A stretch of DNA of 64,000 nt from Epiperipatus broadwayi (GCA_028023455.1 JAQFVV010000006.1:19902001-19966000), one strand, 5' to 3'; counted from the first letter of the stretch, positions 11,281 through 26,292 are shown. Translations and numbers: made by a program. The notes: generated by a model not told the origin, from the letters alone.

Positions 11281-13984
11281 CTGAAGGAGGAAAAAAAAAT
11301 TTTCTTTTAATGAACTTTGATCGATGAAGATTGTAAATATGATTTTGAACTATTTTATTTTACTAATCTTAATATTAATGCTTATTCATAGGTTAGAGGT
11401 AGGAAAGGAACATAAAATATTAAACTACTTACTAACATAGTGCTTAGATTTTTATAAAAAAATATTTAATAATTTTAAAAGAAACTTAATATTTTAAGTG
11501 TGATAATGTGGAATAAATGATATAATATATAATGTTTTATTTAGTTCGTGAACCAGAAACATCAATTAAGTGATTAGCTAGTGGAGATCACTTATGGTAA
11601 CAATTGTAAAAATATTAATGATTTTATAATGTATTTTTATTATTTTTTGTGTGGATGTATGAGAACGTATATAAAAACATGATGCATACACATAGCTTAT
11701 AGGAGTTTATTTGTTTTTAGAAAAAAATGCATACTTTTTATCTTATATGATAATATATTTTAATGTAATGGGAATATAATTGTATGATTCTGTCATAACT
11801 GAACTTAATATTTATTTTAAAATGATTAAAGTATTGAAGCATTAGAACTACAGTAATTATTTATATTTTAGTTCAAGAGCTCTAAAAGAAAAGAAGTAAT
11901 CTTTCTTATTGAGTAGTTAGGCTGTTATTTCTATGTAAATTTATTTATTGTTATGGAAAGTAGTAAGAATTTTAGCGATGTAGAGTGATAAATCTATAAA
12001 GAAGTTATAAAGGATAATGACTTGGAAATAAGTTAAATAAAATCAAGATGATGTTTTTATGTAAGATTTAGTAATATGGGAATAAGAATAATCAATGATA
12101 ATGATTATGCAAGTATAGATAACATAGCCCTATAGCTTGTATATTTTCCATGGCAGTGTTTTCTTTGTATTGAAGTTAAATGTTCTATAGAGCTGAATAA
12201 ATAGTCTGGACATTTTATTTTGTGGTGGAGGTTATTAGACAGATAAATCATACCTCATTTCTTATACACTGTTACCATGATGACTATCTAATAGAGAGAT
12301 TATTGAATTAGAACTTTAGTTATTCCATATACCTACACATCTGTTCACTATCAAAATTTCTGGTATTACATCATATAGGATTGTATTTAAAACAGGAAAT
12401 AATGAATAATTTTGGAGGTGTGGAATTGTTATTGAAAATGATAAGATAGATTGTTTTGCTTGGAGTGAGGATAGAGACGAATGCAAATGATTATCAGAGT
12501 ATAATTTATAAGGAGGAGAATCATAAATATTTTTATATTCTAAATTGATTATTTTTTTAAGATGTATAAGTAATAATTTAAAAAGGGTTTGTAAAAATAT
12601 TGATTAATTGTTAAGTATTTTAAAACTTACTTATGATGCATATTTTTTGACAAGTAATATAATAGAACCGAATTGTGTTAAAATGATACAGATAATTATA
12701 AATTTTATGAATACTATTCTGTAGCAACGTTATACACCATCACATACATTCTATATGATATTAAATGAATAATTAATAAGTAGTCTAATTTAATCGCTAT
12801 GTTATTAATTAAATTTATCCATATTATTAAGTTGGGAATGACTGCATGATATTAAATTGTTTTAAAGGAACTAAGTACCGGTAATGAATGAATAGTAAAC
12901 TTATTATTATTTTTAATCTTATAATTAGAACTTATTAACTTAATGCAGATGTAATAAAATAAACTATAATATCTAATTTAATTAATAGATATTTTTATAA
13001 AACAATGTTCCATATCTCATATTTTGTTTTATATAATTTATTTTGGAAAGTACAGAAAATGTGACTAGATAAGGTTCATTAATGATATAAATAGTGTATA
13101 TAATTTATTGTTGAAGATGCTAATAAAATTTGTTAAATTTGTTTTATAAATCTTGGTGTTGACTCAATTTCTCCAAATCACAGTTACATAATCACAGATA
13201 ATTTGAATTTTAAATATAATATTTGCACAACATAAATAAAACTATTATTTAAGACTTATAATATATTCTTAATATGATTTCTTCAAGAAATTTCATTTGT
13301 TCTATTATTATTATGGTCATAGAATAACTATAAAATATTTATACAGAATTATAGTATTATTTTGGTTGCCACATATTCTCAGATTATAAGATTATACCAT
13401 ATATATATTTAAAATGCCATATAAAGAATAGAAGATTAAATTATACATTGAAGATTATTATTATTATCTATTTATTATTAGTATTAGTCAGATGTAGTTA
13501 GAAATGATATTAAATCCCTTATCACGCTTGATTACAGAGATTATAATTGCCTAGAATTATTTTAAAAGAACCTGAGATTATTTGAGCTAGATTATTTAGA
13601 TAAAGAGATGAAGATTAATTTATTGGGATAATCTTAATTAATTAATTATTATTGAAGACGTAGGAATGCTATTATAGATTTAGTGTTTGAGATAGTAAGA
13701 GAGTGGATAGTATTCTTATGCCATTGAGGTAATATCCTGTGGGATATTGGCTCAATGTATTTGTCTTGCTACTTGTAAACTCACTTCATAGTCTCATGAT
13801 TTTATTAGATATTTATTTATTTAATTTATGAAACCGAACCATATTACTTTTTATTAATTTGAGCTAATTTAATAACAGATAGTATTGGAGAATATGGTTA
13901 TTATTGATTAGATACATTTTAAATGAGCATAATTATTTATCTGAGCTAGACCAATTTATTATTATTACATATTTCCTAGAAGTG

Positions 13985-14165
13985 AGGGTACAATTTATAT
14001 ATGCAGGAGAAGATGATCAAAACCAAGTGATGAGTGTTGGTTCGGTATGAAATATGTATATAGAGATCACTTATCTTTTTCACATGTATGTGGTCATGGG
14101 TATCAGTAGTATAAAATAGAGTGAATGACTAAAGGGAGTTTGAAAATCTGGGTTCAAATCCTCTC
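13985..14165 (+). mobile_element. Family H copy 3
   Basis: ACCAA-GTGATGA-GTGTTG-gtt-CGGTAT-GAAA-TATGTA, then tRNA-like segment ending CTGGGTTCAAATCC. Confidence 0.7.
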
Positions 14166-14517
14166 TAATTACATCTAACTTAAATTATATACTATACTAG
14201 TATGTAAATATTAAAATTTCAAATAATAGTTTTCTTATATATAAAATGATGAATATTTTTATTTCTAGGCAGTTACCTTAACTATTATATAAAACTGATT
14301 AGCATAAAAAGTAAATTCAGAAGAAAATTTATGAGATCTTGGTAAGATAATTAAACAGAAATTAAAATAAGAACCATGAAGCTAATGTAATTTATTGTAA
14401 GCAAGACATTAATAAAAGAACCATCTTTACTCTCTTCACTTAACATAGTAATATAACTATACTTTTAGATAATAATTAAATGTTTATATGTATTTATATA
14501 TATTACTTTTTATATAT

Positions 14518-16292
14518 ATAAATGATGCATTAAGAACGATTAAATATCTCAAATTTTGTAAAATGGTGCAAAAAACAGTTGATAATTATATAAGAAAGTA
14601 TAATTCTGAACTAGTAAGGAAACATGTAGAAGAGAATAAAAGTCTCAGAGTGTAAAACAAAATTTTGGTATTGGTAGGAAACTTATACCTGCAATAAAAA
14701 AAAGATTGAACTATTACTAAAAAGTGAGATGACATCATGAAATGGATAAAAGAGTTCGATCGAATTATGTAGTAATAAAGAACAAGGACCTCCTACATGT
14801 ATTATATCTTGTGAATTGATCAGCATTTTAAATGAAGAAGTAAGACATGCAATTAAATTTATGAAGAAAAGAAAAGCTCCAAATAATGATGGAATTATAA
14901 TTGATATATTAAAAGAAGCAGGTGAAAAAATAGAACATTTTTTGACAAAGTTATATACCAAATGTTTAAATGATAAAGGTGTACCAGACATCTAAATCAT
15001 AAAGATGTAGCAAATGATTGAAAGAATGTAGTATTAATTTTAATATTTAAAAAGGATGATAAAGAAGATGTTAGAAATTACAGACCTATCAGTCTTTTAT
15101 CAGTATTATACAAATTTTTTAGCAAGATAATTACAACTCGTCTACAGAAAACATTGTATTTCCACCAACCAAAAGAATAAGCTGGATTTAAAAGTGGTTT
15201 TAGTACAGTAGATCATATCCAGATGTTGAGAGAAGTTATAGAAAGGACAAATTAATATGAGTTGCCATTATACTTAGGATTTGTAGATTATGAAAAGGCA
15301 TTTGATTCTATAAACATTTCTTCAGTGATTAAAGCATTGGATCATCAAGATATAGATCCAGGATATTGTCATATTTTAAAGAATATTTATAAAAATATAA
15401 CAGCAACAATTAGACTATATAATGATACTAGGAAGGTTAACATTGAGAAAAGTGTAAGACAGAGTGACTCCATATCTCCAAAACTTTTTACAGCAGTGCT
15501 GCAAGAACTATTTTGTGAATTAAAATGATAAACTAAAGGAATAGTAAATGGAGATTATTCAAGTTGTTAAGATTTTATAGAGGTTGTAATTATTTTTGCA
15601 AATAATGCTTTAGATCTTTAGGTTATGCTGCAAGAGTTATCAGAAGAAAGTAGAACTAAAGATAAATGTTAAAAGTATAGATTTTCTGAATAGATGAAAA
15701 TAAAGATTGATTATGATGAGTTACAAAAAGTTAACAGTTACAAATACCTTTGTCAGATTATTACTACAGATGGAAACATAATGGATGGAATTAATCATAG
15801 AATTAAACTTGGTTAGAGTGCTTTTGGTAGAAATAACAATATTAAAAGAAAATATGTCTATGTGTTTAAAAAGAAAGGTTTTTAATAAATGTGTTTTACC
15901 AGTTATTATGGATCTGAGACTTGGAAACTTAATAGAAGAGTAATACAGACTTCAGACCACTCAAAGAAGTATGGAGAGATGCATGTTAGGAGTAACAAGA
16001 AGAGATCAAACACACAATATATGGGTAATAGAAGAAACAGGTGTTACTGACATCATTGAAAGAATTAAAACAATGAAGTCGAGTTGGGATGGACATATTG
16101 CTTGAAGAGATGATAATAGATGGACAATTGAAATCTTAAACTGGATTCCAAGAGATTGTAAAAAATTGAGAAAGAGACCACATGTGAGCTGGATGAATGT
16201 GGAGAAGAAAGGCTAGAGATCAGAAAAAATGGATTGAACTTGGAGAGACATTCATCCTGCAGTGAAGTGATAATGGTTGACAATGTTGATGA
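14518..16292 (+). mobile_element. 5'-truncated RTE-clade LINE (family 1), RT pseudogene
   Basis: RT motifs (YRPISLL, LGFVDYEKAFDSI, RQSDSISPKLF, YGSETW) with stops and frameshifts; 3' end GGAGAGACATTCATCCTGCAGTG plus (GAT)n tail. Confidence 0.95.
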
Positions 16293-16584
16293 TGATAATT
16301 AGATAATATTTTAGACTACCCTACATAAAAAATATCATGATAACAAAGAAAGTATCCAATCTGTGAATAGATGGGTCACTTTCACAAACATATTTTTCTA
16401 GACTTAAACATTACAATATCTCTTATTTCATAGTCAGTCAATATGCTGTTATTTCAACACAAATAAAATATACACCTTCTTTTTAAAAAAAATAAAATGT
16501 CCTAAATGATTTGGAAGAAGAGTGATAATATACTTGCATATATGTGCGTGCATATATTTCTTATTTTATTTTGTGTTATTTTGT

Positions 16585-17001
16585 ACAATGTTCTTACTTA
16601 TGGATCTGAGACTTGGACACTTAATAAAAGAGCAATAGAGAGACTTCAGACCACTCAAAGAAATATGGAGAGATGCATGTTGGGAGTAACAAGAAGAAAT
16701 TGAAAACGCAATATATGGGTAAGAGAACAAACAGGTGTTTGACATTATTGAAAAAATTAAAAGACTGGAGTTGGGCTAAACATATTGCTAAAAGGGATGA
16801 TAATATATGGACAATTGAAATCTTAAACTTGATTCCAAGAGATTGTAAAAGACCCAAAAAAGAAGCCACATGTGAGATGGATGGATGAAATAAGAAAGTG
16901 TGCAGGGTAATGTGGAGAAGAGAAGCTAAAGATCGGAGAAGGTGGATTGAACTTGGAGAGACCCCTGTCCAGTAGATTGATAATGGTTGTTGATGATGAT
17001 T
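16585..17001 (+). mobile_element. RTE family 1 3' fragment
   Basis: YGSETWTLNKRAIERLQTTQRNMERCMLGVTR, WSWAKHIAKR; same 3' UTR and (GAT)n tail. Confidence 0.93.
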
Positions 17002-17399
17002 GTAATTTAATGTATTATGTTCTAAAATAGGCATGGAATTATGGCATTGGTTACTTTCTGTAAAGTTTATGTAAGAGTTAAAAAATAATTTGAAATACTT
17101 GATGTAGCCAAAAGTTAAATCCTATTTATTTTTATGGAATTACAATACTTATAATAAATAAATAAAATTAATATTTGTAAGTTTGAATATCTATTTGTAT
17201 GTGTATAGATAAATGTTATTTTTGATCTATCTTCAATGTATTTTTTATAATATTGCATATTTTTGAATTGGAAGTTTAAAGCAATAGTGAGAACACAATT
17301 TCTTAAAATGAAATCTAAAATAAAAATTAGGTACATTATAGCATGTAAAAGAAATTAATATTTATTTAAAAACAATAGAGAAATGTTAATATTTCATAG

Positions 17400-18430
17400 T
17401 TTAAAATTTTGTGGATTTACGTCATGAAATCCGCTGCACCAAAAGATTACCTATATCTATTCTAAAGTAAATTTCCATTATATTACATTACTGCATATAT
17501 TAAATAAAGTTTGTTCTTTAAAAGTATACAACATTTTACGTGTATCAGACTACAATTTTTTTTAGAAACCATTAAACTTTGTTATTCTTATTATTAGCAT
17601 CGACTCGTAAACGATTATGGCTATCGTAACTCTGAAGTTTAAAGAACAACAATTTTCATTTAAATGTTATCAAAACTTCTGCATTATAATTAAACATCAA
17701 TTTTTTTTTTTATTGATTTTTTTTTTTTTGAAATAGTTTTAAATGCTTAGAGAGGATAGAAAGGAAATGACTTCTCCATTATAGCTACGGATCATAAGGT
17801 TTTTTGTGCTCAAAGATAGCAAAATGTTTTTAGGATGTGACTTAAGAGAATAAGATAATTAATAGTTTTCAAAACATTTTGAAATCTATTGTTTGTCTTT
17901 GAAATAAACGGAGGCGGAGTGAGAAAAAAAAAACAATTGGATGTTTTTCCTTTTTTCGCAATAATTAAAAAAAGATTGGTTAAAAATATTGTTAGACAAA
18001 AAAATATTGACTGCAATCTCTCTTGACGTCACACGAAGGGATAATTTATTTTTAGATTTTTTTTTTATTAAGAAAAACGTTAATTTGTGAGATGGGATAA
18101 GTTTTTTTTTTTTTTAATTGAAAACAATTTCCACAAAAAAAGAAGAGAAGCTTACTATTTAAAAAGTAATGAGCAAAAAAGAAAAGCAAATAATAAGGAC
18201 TGAAAAATAAATGTTTTTTTAGTGCACAGTAGATAAATATTTGGAAATATATAAAGTGTAGAGTTATACATTTATAATTGCTTAATTAGAAACGATTTTA
18301 CTTAGAACAGTAGCTAATGAAAGCCAACTGCGCAAGCCAAGAGTTAAAGTAAAACAATCGGAACAATTCGCCTTGATTAATCTGTGGTTACCAGATTACA
18401 AATATAATGTTTTTTAAGGATGCGAATAAT
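17400..18430. promoter_or_regulatory. CpG-retaining, poly(dA:dT)-rich zone, candidate promoter
   Basis: About 20 CpGs against a CpG-poor background, several long T/A runs, TGACGTCA at 18024-18031, no recognisable repeat. Confidence 0.4.
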
Positions 18431-18869
18431 TTAAAGATCATTAAATATGTAAATGATAGTTTTATAAATTCATACTGATTTTAATTATACTAATTTAATA
18501 GTATATATATAAAGATCTCATGAAATAGAGTTATACATCTACCTGACATGTTCTAGTCTGAGGTTCAAGCCCAGGCAAGGCAAATCATAACATTTTTTTA
18601 GATCTCCAATAATTTTAGGATTTATTATTTTTTTTAGGTAGCCAGTCTGTAGCTTTAATATCATTATATAGATCAGTCAGTACATTTCTATTTTAACAGC
18701 TTCTGTTTTATAATAATAGTAAAAACATTTAACTTTGTTAAGGATGTTGTAAAGATATCGGCTAAATCTTTAAATGCAAGTAGTCCAAGATTTTTCATTG
18801 ATAAACTTAGCCAGAAGCTAGTCTGGAATGTGGATTATAAAATTTCACATATTAACCAATGATTGATTA

Positions 18870-21800
18870 CTCAAGCATATATAGATGGCTCATATCTGAG
18901 AATATTTATTCTTAAAGACACATATTGAATGTAAGGAGAGATAGACATGTATAGCATTTTGGTAATAAAAATTGGAATGCTGTATTTGGTGAGAGAAAAG
19001 ACGATAGTGGGAAATTTTAATCTAGTTATAAAAAACAAAAGAGAAGAAAAACTTATTAAGTTTTGTAGCAATCATGACATGGTTATTGCAAACATTTTTG
19101 GGCAACCATATAGAAGATGATATACATGAAAAATGTCAGGCTATCAGCAGTCAGGTTAAGTTGTATAAGGTTACCCAGGATCTGATATGGGGTTTGATCA
19201 CAACTTGATTGTGACGTCAACCACTACATGAATAATAAAAAAAAACCTAAGTATATATATATATAGCACTAAGAGAAGATGAAATCTGATCAAGGCAAAA
19301 TCAGATAAAGAAGTTCAGTTAAATTTTCTGGAGTGATAATGAGATTTTACATATGGGAAACTAGATAAGAACAGTATAAAAGGAAGATGGGGAAGAAATT
19401 TTTTTTTCAAGTAGTAGAGAAGTGTTTTGAAAACAAAAAAAAAGTGACATAGAAGCCACAGGTAGTAAAATAAATTTTCAACATAATGGAAAATGGAGAT
19501 GGTGCAAAATAACAAAAGAGAAAGAAAGAGTACAAAAGATGTAGAAACCACAATAATAGAAATGCTAGAAATGCAAAGAAACAATAGGTAAAGGATTCAG
19601 TAGAAAAATAAATGAAAACAGGAAAAGAAACAAACATTAGAAAGGCATATAATAATATTAGAAGCCAATTTAGAGTTGTAAAGAAAGCATTGAGTACAAT
19701 TAAAAATGAAGGTGGAAGTGTCAGTTGGTCAAAATGAAATTGAGGAATGATGGCATAAAGGTATAGAAAAATTATATTAATGAAATGAAATGGATAATTC
19801 AGTGATTCAGTAAGAATTTCAAATGCATTATAATGAATTGGGATTACTAGTTTGAAAAACTGAAGTCTACGAAAGTAATAGATATATATGAAATTCCATT
19901 TGATGTTTAAAATCTTTGGAAGAAAAGGTAAAAAGTCATTTTTAAATTGCAATGACTTGAGAAGTGTCTGCAGGTTTTAAGAATAGTATGTTATTTCCTA
20001 CCTCCTCAAAAAATTAGAGGCAAACAATGTAAAGAATACAGAACTTTGTGCTTATTTCCACATAGTTTAAAGATTTTGACTAGAATTATTATTGGAAAAT
20101 CAAAAATAGAATTGAAAAAAAAAATTAGATCAATTTAAATTTAGGAGAAATATGGATAATAGAAAAACAATTTTTGATCTTTCTAATCATCATCATAATC
20201 ACCATCAACTATTATCAATCCACTGCAGGATGAAGGCTCCCCGAGTTCAATCCATCTTCTCCAATCTTTAGCTTCTTTTCTCCACATCACTCCTGCACAC
20301 TTTCTTATTTCATTCATCCATCTCACATGTGGTCTCTTTCTGGGTCTTTTACAAGCTCTTGGAATCCAGTTTAAGATTTCAATTGTCCATCTATTTTCAT
20401 CTCTTCTAGCAATATGTCCAGCCCAACTCTACTTCAATCTTTTAATTTTTTTAATGAAGTCAGTAACACCTGTTTGTTCTCTTACCCATATATTGCATTT
20501 TCGATCTCTTTTTGTTACTCCCAACATGCATCTCTTCATACATCTTTGAGTGGTCTGAAGTCTCTGTATTGCTCTTCTATTAAGTGTCCAAGTCTCAGAT
20601 CCATAAGCAAGAACTGGTAAAACACATTTATTAAAAACCTTCCTTTTCAAACACATAGGCATATTTCCTTTTAGTATCAAGTTATTTCTACCAAAAGCAC
20701 TCCAGACAAGTTTAATTCTATGATTAATTTCATCCATTATGTTTCCTTCCATCTGATCTGACCAAGGTATTTATAACTGTTAATTTCTTCTAACTCATCA
20801 TAACCAATCTTTATTTTTATATTTTGAGAAAATCCATTAAACATTCCTTTACTCTTTTTAACATTTATTTTTAGTCCTACTTTCATCTGATAACTTCTGC
20901 AACATTTCCTATGGCTCTAAAGCATTATTTGCAAAAACAACTACATCATCTTCAAAATCTAAATGACTTAAATAATTGCCATTTACTTTCACTCCTTTAG
21001 CTTCCCATTTTAACCCACAAAATACTTCTTGCAGTACTGCTGCAAAAAGTTTTGGAGATATTTGGAGATATGGAGTCACCCTGTCTTACACCCTTCTCAA
21101 TGTTGATTTTCCCAATATCATTATGTAATCTAATTGTTGCTGTTGCATTTCTATAAATATTCTTTAAAATATGACAATATCCTGAATCTATACCTTGATG
21201 ATCTAATGCTTTAATCACTGAAGAAATATTTATAGAATCAAATGCCATTTCATAATCTACAAATCCAAAGCATAATGGCAACTCATATTCATTTGTCCTT
21301 TCTATAACTTCTCTCAATATCTGGATATGATTTACTGTACTAAAACTACTTTTAAATTCAGTTTGTTCTCTTGGTTGGTGGAAATCCAATGTTTTCTGTA
21401 GATGAATTGTAATTATCTTGATAAAAAATTTGTATAAAACTGACAAAAGGCTGATGTCTGCAATTTCTAATATACTCTTTATCACATTTTTAAAATATTA
21501 ATACTAATACTGCATTTTTCCAATCATTTGATACATTTTTATCAATTAGACATTTGGTATATAACTTTGCTAGAATTTTTATATTTCTTCACCTGCTTCG
21601 TTTAATATATCAATTATGATTCCATTATTACCTGGAACCTTTCCTTTCTTCATACATTTAATTGCATGTCTCATTTCTTTATTTAAAATTCTGGGCAATT
21701 CTGAAGATGCAATAGATATAGGAGATACTTATTCTTTATTACTATATAATTCTTGATAAGAGTCTTCTACCCATTTTATGATGATATTTCTCTTTTTAGT

Positions 21801-23690
21801 AATAATTCCATCTTTTTTTTTTATTGCAAATATAAATTTCCTGCCAATATCAAAATGTTGTTTTACACTATTGAAACTTTTATTCTCTTCTACAGCTTTC
21901 CTTGCTAGTTCACAGTTATACTTTCTTATATCATTTTCAACTCTTCCACACTATTTTACAAAATTCGAGATATTCAATCCTTTTTAATGGATTATTTTTG
22001 TATATCTGCATATTCCTTCTTTTCTTCATAAATTCTCTAGTCTCAGTAGAAATTTTATTGGTCAATTGCTGCTTTTTTCTACCAGCTATTTTTGTAGTAG
22101 ATTTTAAAAGTGTATCAGTTATTTTCATATTAATTTCATTCAAATCTGAATCATGTTCAAAATCTACTAATGCTTGAAACCGATTTGTAAGTTCTACTTT
22201 AAATTCATTAGAATGTTTCTGAAGATTAGGAATATCAACTGTAAATATTGTTTTTCTTAATAATTTTTGTCTCTCTAGTTTGGCATTAACATGTATCTTA
22301 CACCTTACTAATCCATGATCACTTCCTGTGTTAAATTTATTAAGAACATTACAATCTTGAAATATGTATTTTCTGCTAGCCAAAATATAATCCAATTCTG
22401 CTGTACCTTCATTTGGATGCTTCCATGACCATTTCCTTTAACATTTTTTTCAAAAAAAGAATTCATAATGTAAAGTTTTTCTTTTTCTGCAAATTCCACA
22501 TGTCCTCTCTCATTTCTATTACCACAACTTATCTACAGCACTTTCATCTTTCATTTGTTTACCAATTCTAGCATTAAATTCTCTCATAAAAATTTTAAAA
22601 TGTTGTTTACTCTGATCAAAAACCTTTTGTATATCCATATAAAAATCTTATATTACTTCATCACTATGAGAACTTGTTGGGGCATAAACCTGAATTATCT
22701 GCATTTGCTTTCTGCTATTATGTTATATAACTAATTTTGCCACTCTGTCCGATACACCATCAATCTTCACAATGTTGTTCTTCCAGAACTTTCTAATATT
22801 GATTAAAAAATCTTTTGGAAATAAATAAAGAAATAATCACTGATGTTGTTAACATAGAAAAGATGCTTGATAATGTAGAATGAAACATAATGTACAGAAC
22901 ATTAGAAAATCTGAAAATAGATTATAAAAAAATAAAAGGTTAATATATATATATATCAACATAAGAACAAAACTGCTGCAAGGGTGTGATCTATTGTATT
23001 TGCTTTTCAACATTTATATTAAATATAACATGTGGAAATTTAATGATGATGTAAAGAGGAGTTTGAAAATAAATAGCAAACTACTACCAAAAAAATGAAT
23101 CTGATCTAAAGTCAATATTAAATGATCTGTTAATAGAAAGATACATAAGTACATTAAAGGAAAAAAGAAAAAGGCAATAAAAAGACAAATTAGATGGATA
23201 CATTGTGAATGAAAGAAAAAAAAAACTTGTTATCTTTAAATACTTTGGAAAAAGAATTGTTAACATTTAAAAATATATTCCTTTTTGTTAAAAATATTTC
23301 ATGAAGTAGCTACATCTGGACTGTTGTCATATATCAACCACATGTAGGGCTATTGCTTGGATATAAAAAGGACAATTAATGAGCATTTGAGAAGATGAAG
23401 ATATCATGAACAGCAGGAGTCTTGAGTCTGATTGGAAAAGATAAAAGTATTTTGGAAATCATTGTTCAAAGATGAAATATTATAATTGCTTTACATTTGA
23501 TGAGACATTCAGTAATGATGTATATTGTTGCTATAGAGAATGATAAGAGGAAGATCAACAAAAAAAGATTAAGGATGGAATATAGGGATATAGTTAGGAA
23601 AGCTGTTAGAGTTTTATATAGGATCTGACAATGAAGAGAAGACTAAAGAATTATGTTGCCTAAAAATTGTGGGTTGAGAAGAGAAATGAA
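18870..23690 (+). mobile_element. Old RTE-type LINE (family 2), APE + RT, split by a family 1 insertion
   Basis: APE remnants (EKLIKFC..HDMVIAN, YPGSDMGFDHNLIV) at 18870-19220; RT remnants (CKEYRTLCL, KILTRII) to 20187; resumes at 22789 (EKMLDNVE.NIMYRTLENLKIDYKK, QGC..LLFNIYI, FKYFG) to about 23690. Confidence 0.85.
20188..22788 (-). mobile_element. RTE family 1 LINE, 2.6 kb, APE + RT pseudogene, 9-bp TSD
   Basis: MQIIQVYAPTSSHSDE (APE), MDYILAS..GSDHGLV, GFVDYEMAFDSI, GVRQGDSISP, YGSETW; (GAT)n tail at about 20188-20200; TSD CTTTCTAAT at 20179-20187 and 22789-22797. Confidence 0.96.
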
Positions 23691-23894
23691 ATAATTACTT
23701 TTTTATTATTCTGATAAAGTTTAAATAATAGTTTGACTTAAATAAAAAAAAAAGAGGGAATTATTTTTTTGATTAACAGCAAAATATATTTTATTAACAA
23801 AATGGTAATAGTATGAATACTGAATCCTACCATTTGATGGCCCTCTTTTTCGCCCAATGCACATCAATATACTGATTTACGGGCCATCGTTTTT

Positions 23895-24780
23895 TTCTCT
23901 TTACAGAATACTATGGTAAAAATTTATTTTTTACTTTCTATACATAAAACTCGTATGGTTTTTTTTCTTTGCATTTTAAATAAACAAACACTTTGTTTTT
24001 ATATGGTGTAGGGGGGGGGGGTTTCTAAATTATCAACTTTTTTTTGATTTTGAGCTTCTTTTTTTTTTTTGTTGATTTTGAATTATCGGTTTCTTTACAT
24101 AATACTATGGTAAATTTTTTTTACCCTTTTCTATAGATAAAAGTCATTCTGTTCTTTTCCTTTTTAATAAACAAACACTTTGTTTTCAGATGGTAGAGGG
24201 GGTTGGTTTGCTTTTTAATTATCACCTTTTTTTGGATTTTCAGCTTCTTTTTAAATTAAAGTCTTAATTAAACAATTCAGTTTTAAGTAATAAACCAACA
24301 ATTGGTTTTTAGAGGATGGAGGGAGTTGGTTTGAATTTTAATTCTCCTCTTTTAGTATTTTTGCTGATGGACTGGAAACTTGACATATTAATTTTAAATA
24401 TGATCGAATATAGAATACATAAACAAACAAATAGATTAACAAAATATACAAATTATTGGAGGGGGGTTAGTTTGCTTTTAATTTATTGACTTTTGATTGA
24501 TTTTGATCTTTTTTTTGGAAAAGCCTTATTAATCTATTAATTTTTAATAAACCAACATTTGGTTTTTAGAGGGTGGAGGGGGGTTGGTTTGATTTTTAAT
24601 TATCGTCTTTTATTTTTGTATTATGAAGTGTTTTTTTTTTTTAATATTTACGCTACCGAAACCTTTATATGATAACGAAAAGTTTTTCCTTTATTTTTGG
24701 GCTTTTTTCAAAAAGCCTTAATTAAACAGTTCATTTTTAAAAAAAACATTTTTTAGGGGGTGGGGGGTGGAGAGTTACGG
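23895..24780 (+). repeat. Degenerate tandem repeat with strand-biased G tracts
   Basis: Two approximately 190-bp units plus partial units sharing AATAAAC(A/C)AACA..TTG.TTTT.AGA.GGTGGAGGGGGTTGGTTTG.TTTTAATT. Confidence 0.8.
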
Positions 24781-26292
24781 TTTGGTTGACTCCAATAGGA
24801 GATGAGCCTGAAAGCTGTAAGTAACGGGATTTTGGAGCTTATAAATAAATACTGTGAATGAAAATAAAGTTATGTATCAAATGCCAAGGGCATTCTATTA
24901 AAGTCGTATAAACAGGGAAACTCTATTATCACATCTTTATATGTGTTTTTTTTTAATGTATAAAATGTCCACCAACCAACCAGATAAATCTGTTTTTGTA
25001 ACCTTAAATAAAATCCGATTTCCAAATATACATTCAGTATTGTAACTCCGCACTAAATTTATATCTGTCAAAATAAAAAATAATTGACTCAAGATTGTCA
25101 AATATTTGTCGTCAAAATAAAGTTTAATCTGCGTGAAGTTGATTATATATATAAAATCATCTTGAAATTTTGTTAAAATAAATATTCATATTTTAAACTT
25201 AATCCAGTGTGTTCGAATCTCATTTAATATATTTATGTATGTTTTTAACTTATATCTTGGGTTCACTCAACCTCTCATCATCATCATCACCAGTTGAGTT
25301 CTCATGCAAAACATTGAAGCACCAGGCCGGGAGAGAATGAATTCATGTGGTATCATTGTAGATGTTGTCTGTAGTGTTATAGAATTAGCAAATGGGCAAA
25401 TAGGTTAGAATTCATGATTGCTCCTGAGCTGTGTATCTCAGGCATGATTGGATTTGAGGTACTTTTGTTCAGATTCTAAATCTTGTAGATGGACATACAT
25501 TTTCGACCAATACAATATATTCCAATATTATTTTTTAAAACTTATATTTAAACATATTATTTTGCTTTTATTTTATATATTTAAAATATCACACCACAAA
25601 TTTTGTTTATTAGGAAGTAAATGAGGGTTGGGAGACTGAACATTAGTACTTCACTAATGCAACCCCATAGGGATACATTAATGGCTTAAGTAATTGGCCA
25701 GTAAAAATAATAACAATTTTGGCAAGTTGCAGATGTTATCAATAGGAGAATAGACTGTCTTGAAGTATTTACTTTATAATATTTTTTTGCATAGTTGGTA
25801 AAAATTGTAACTAAAAAATTACTGTAGTTAGGATATCTGAAAATAATAGCAAAAGCAAATATACTTACAGCATCCTGCCGGCAACTTTTTAGTTATTAAA
25901 ATAGATAATCAACATATCCAGTGTGATGGTAGAAACTATGCTAATGGATTGTTTCACAGCAAAGTAAGCCAATATGGGAGATTAATTTTATACTTGGCTA
26001 ATATATATATATAGAGTGATACCGTCTTTTCAAGAAATTTCTTTATTTCCAAATAAGTTACTAATTTTATATACAATTTTATAAAAAGACAATTTAAATG
26101 GCAAAAAAATAAAATCATATTTGTCTGAAGGTTTGTAATGGTAGTATATTATAAGATGTGATATATTGGACTATTTCCATCATTTATGAGTGAATGTGGA
26201 ATGTATAGAAAATTTTAAACTTTATTTAAACTTTTCAAATACAAACACCTTGTTAGTAATAACACACAAATAGACAATACAGGTTAGTAATT

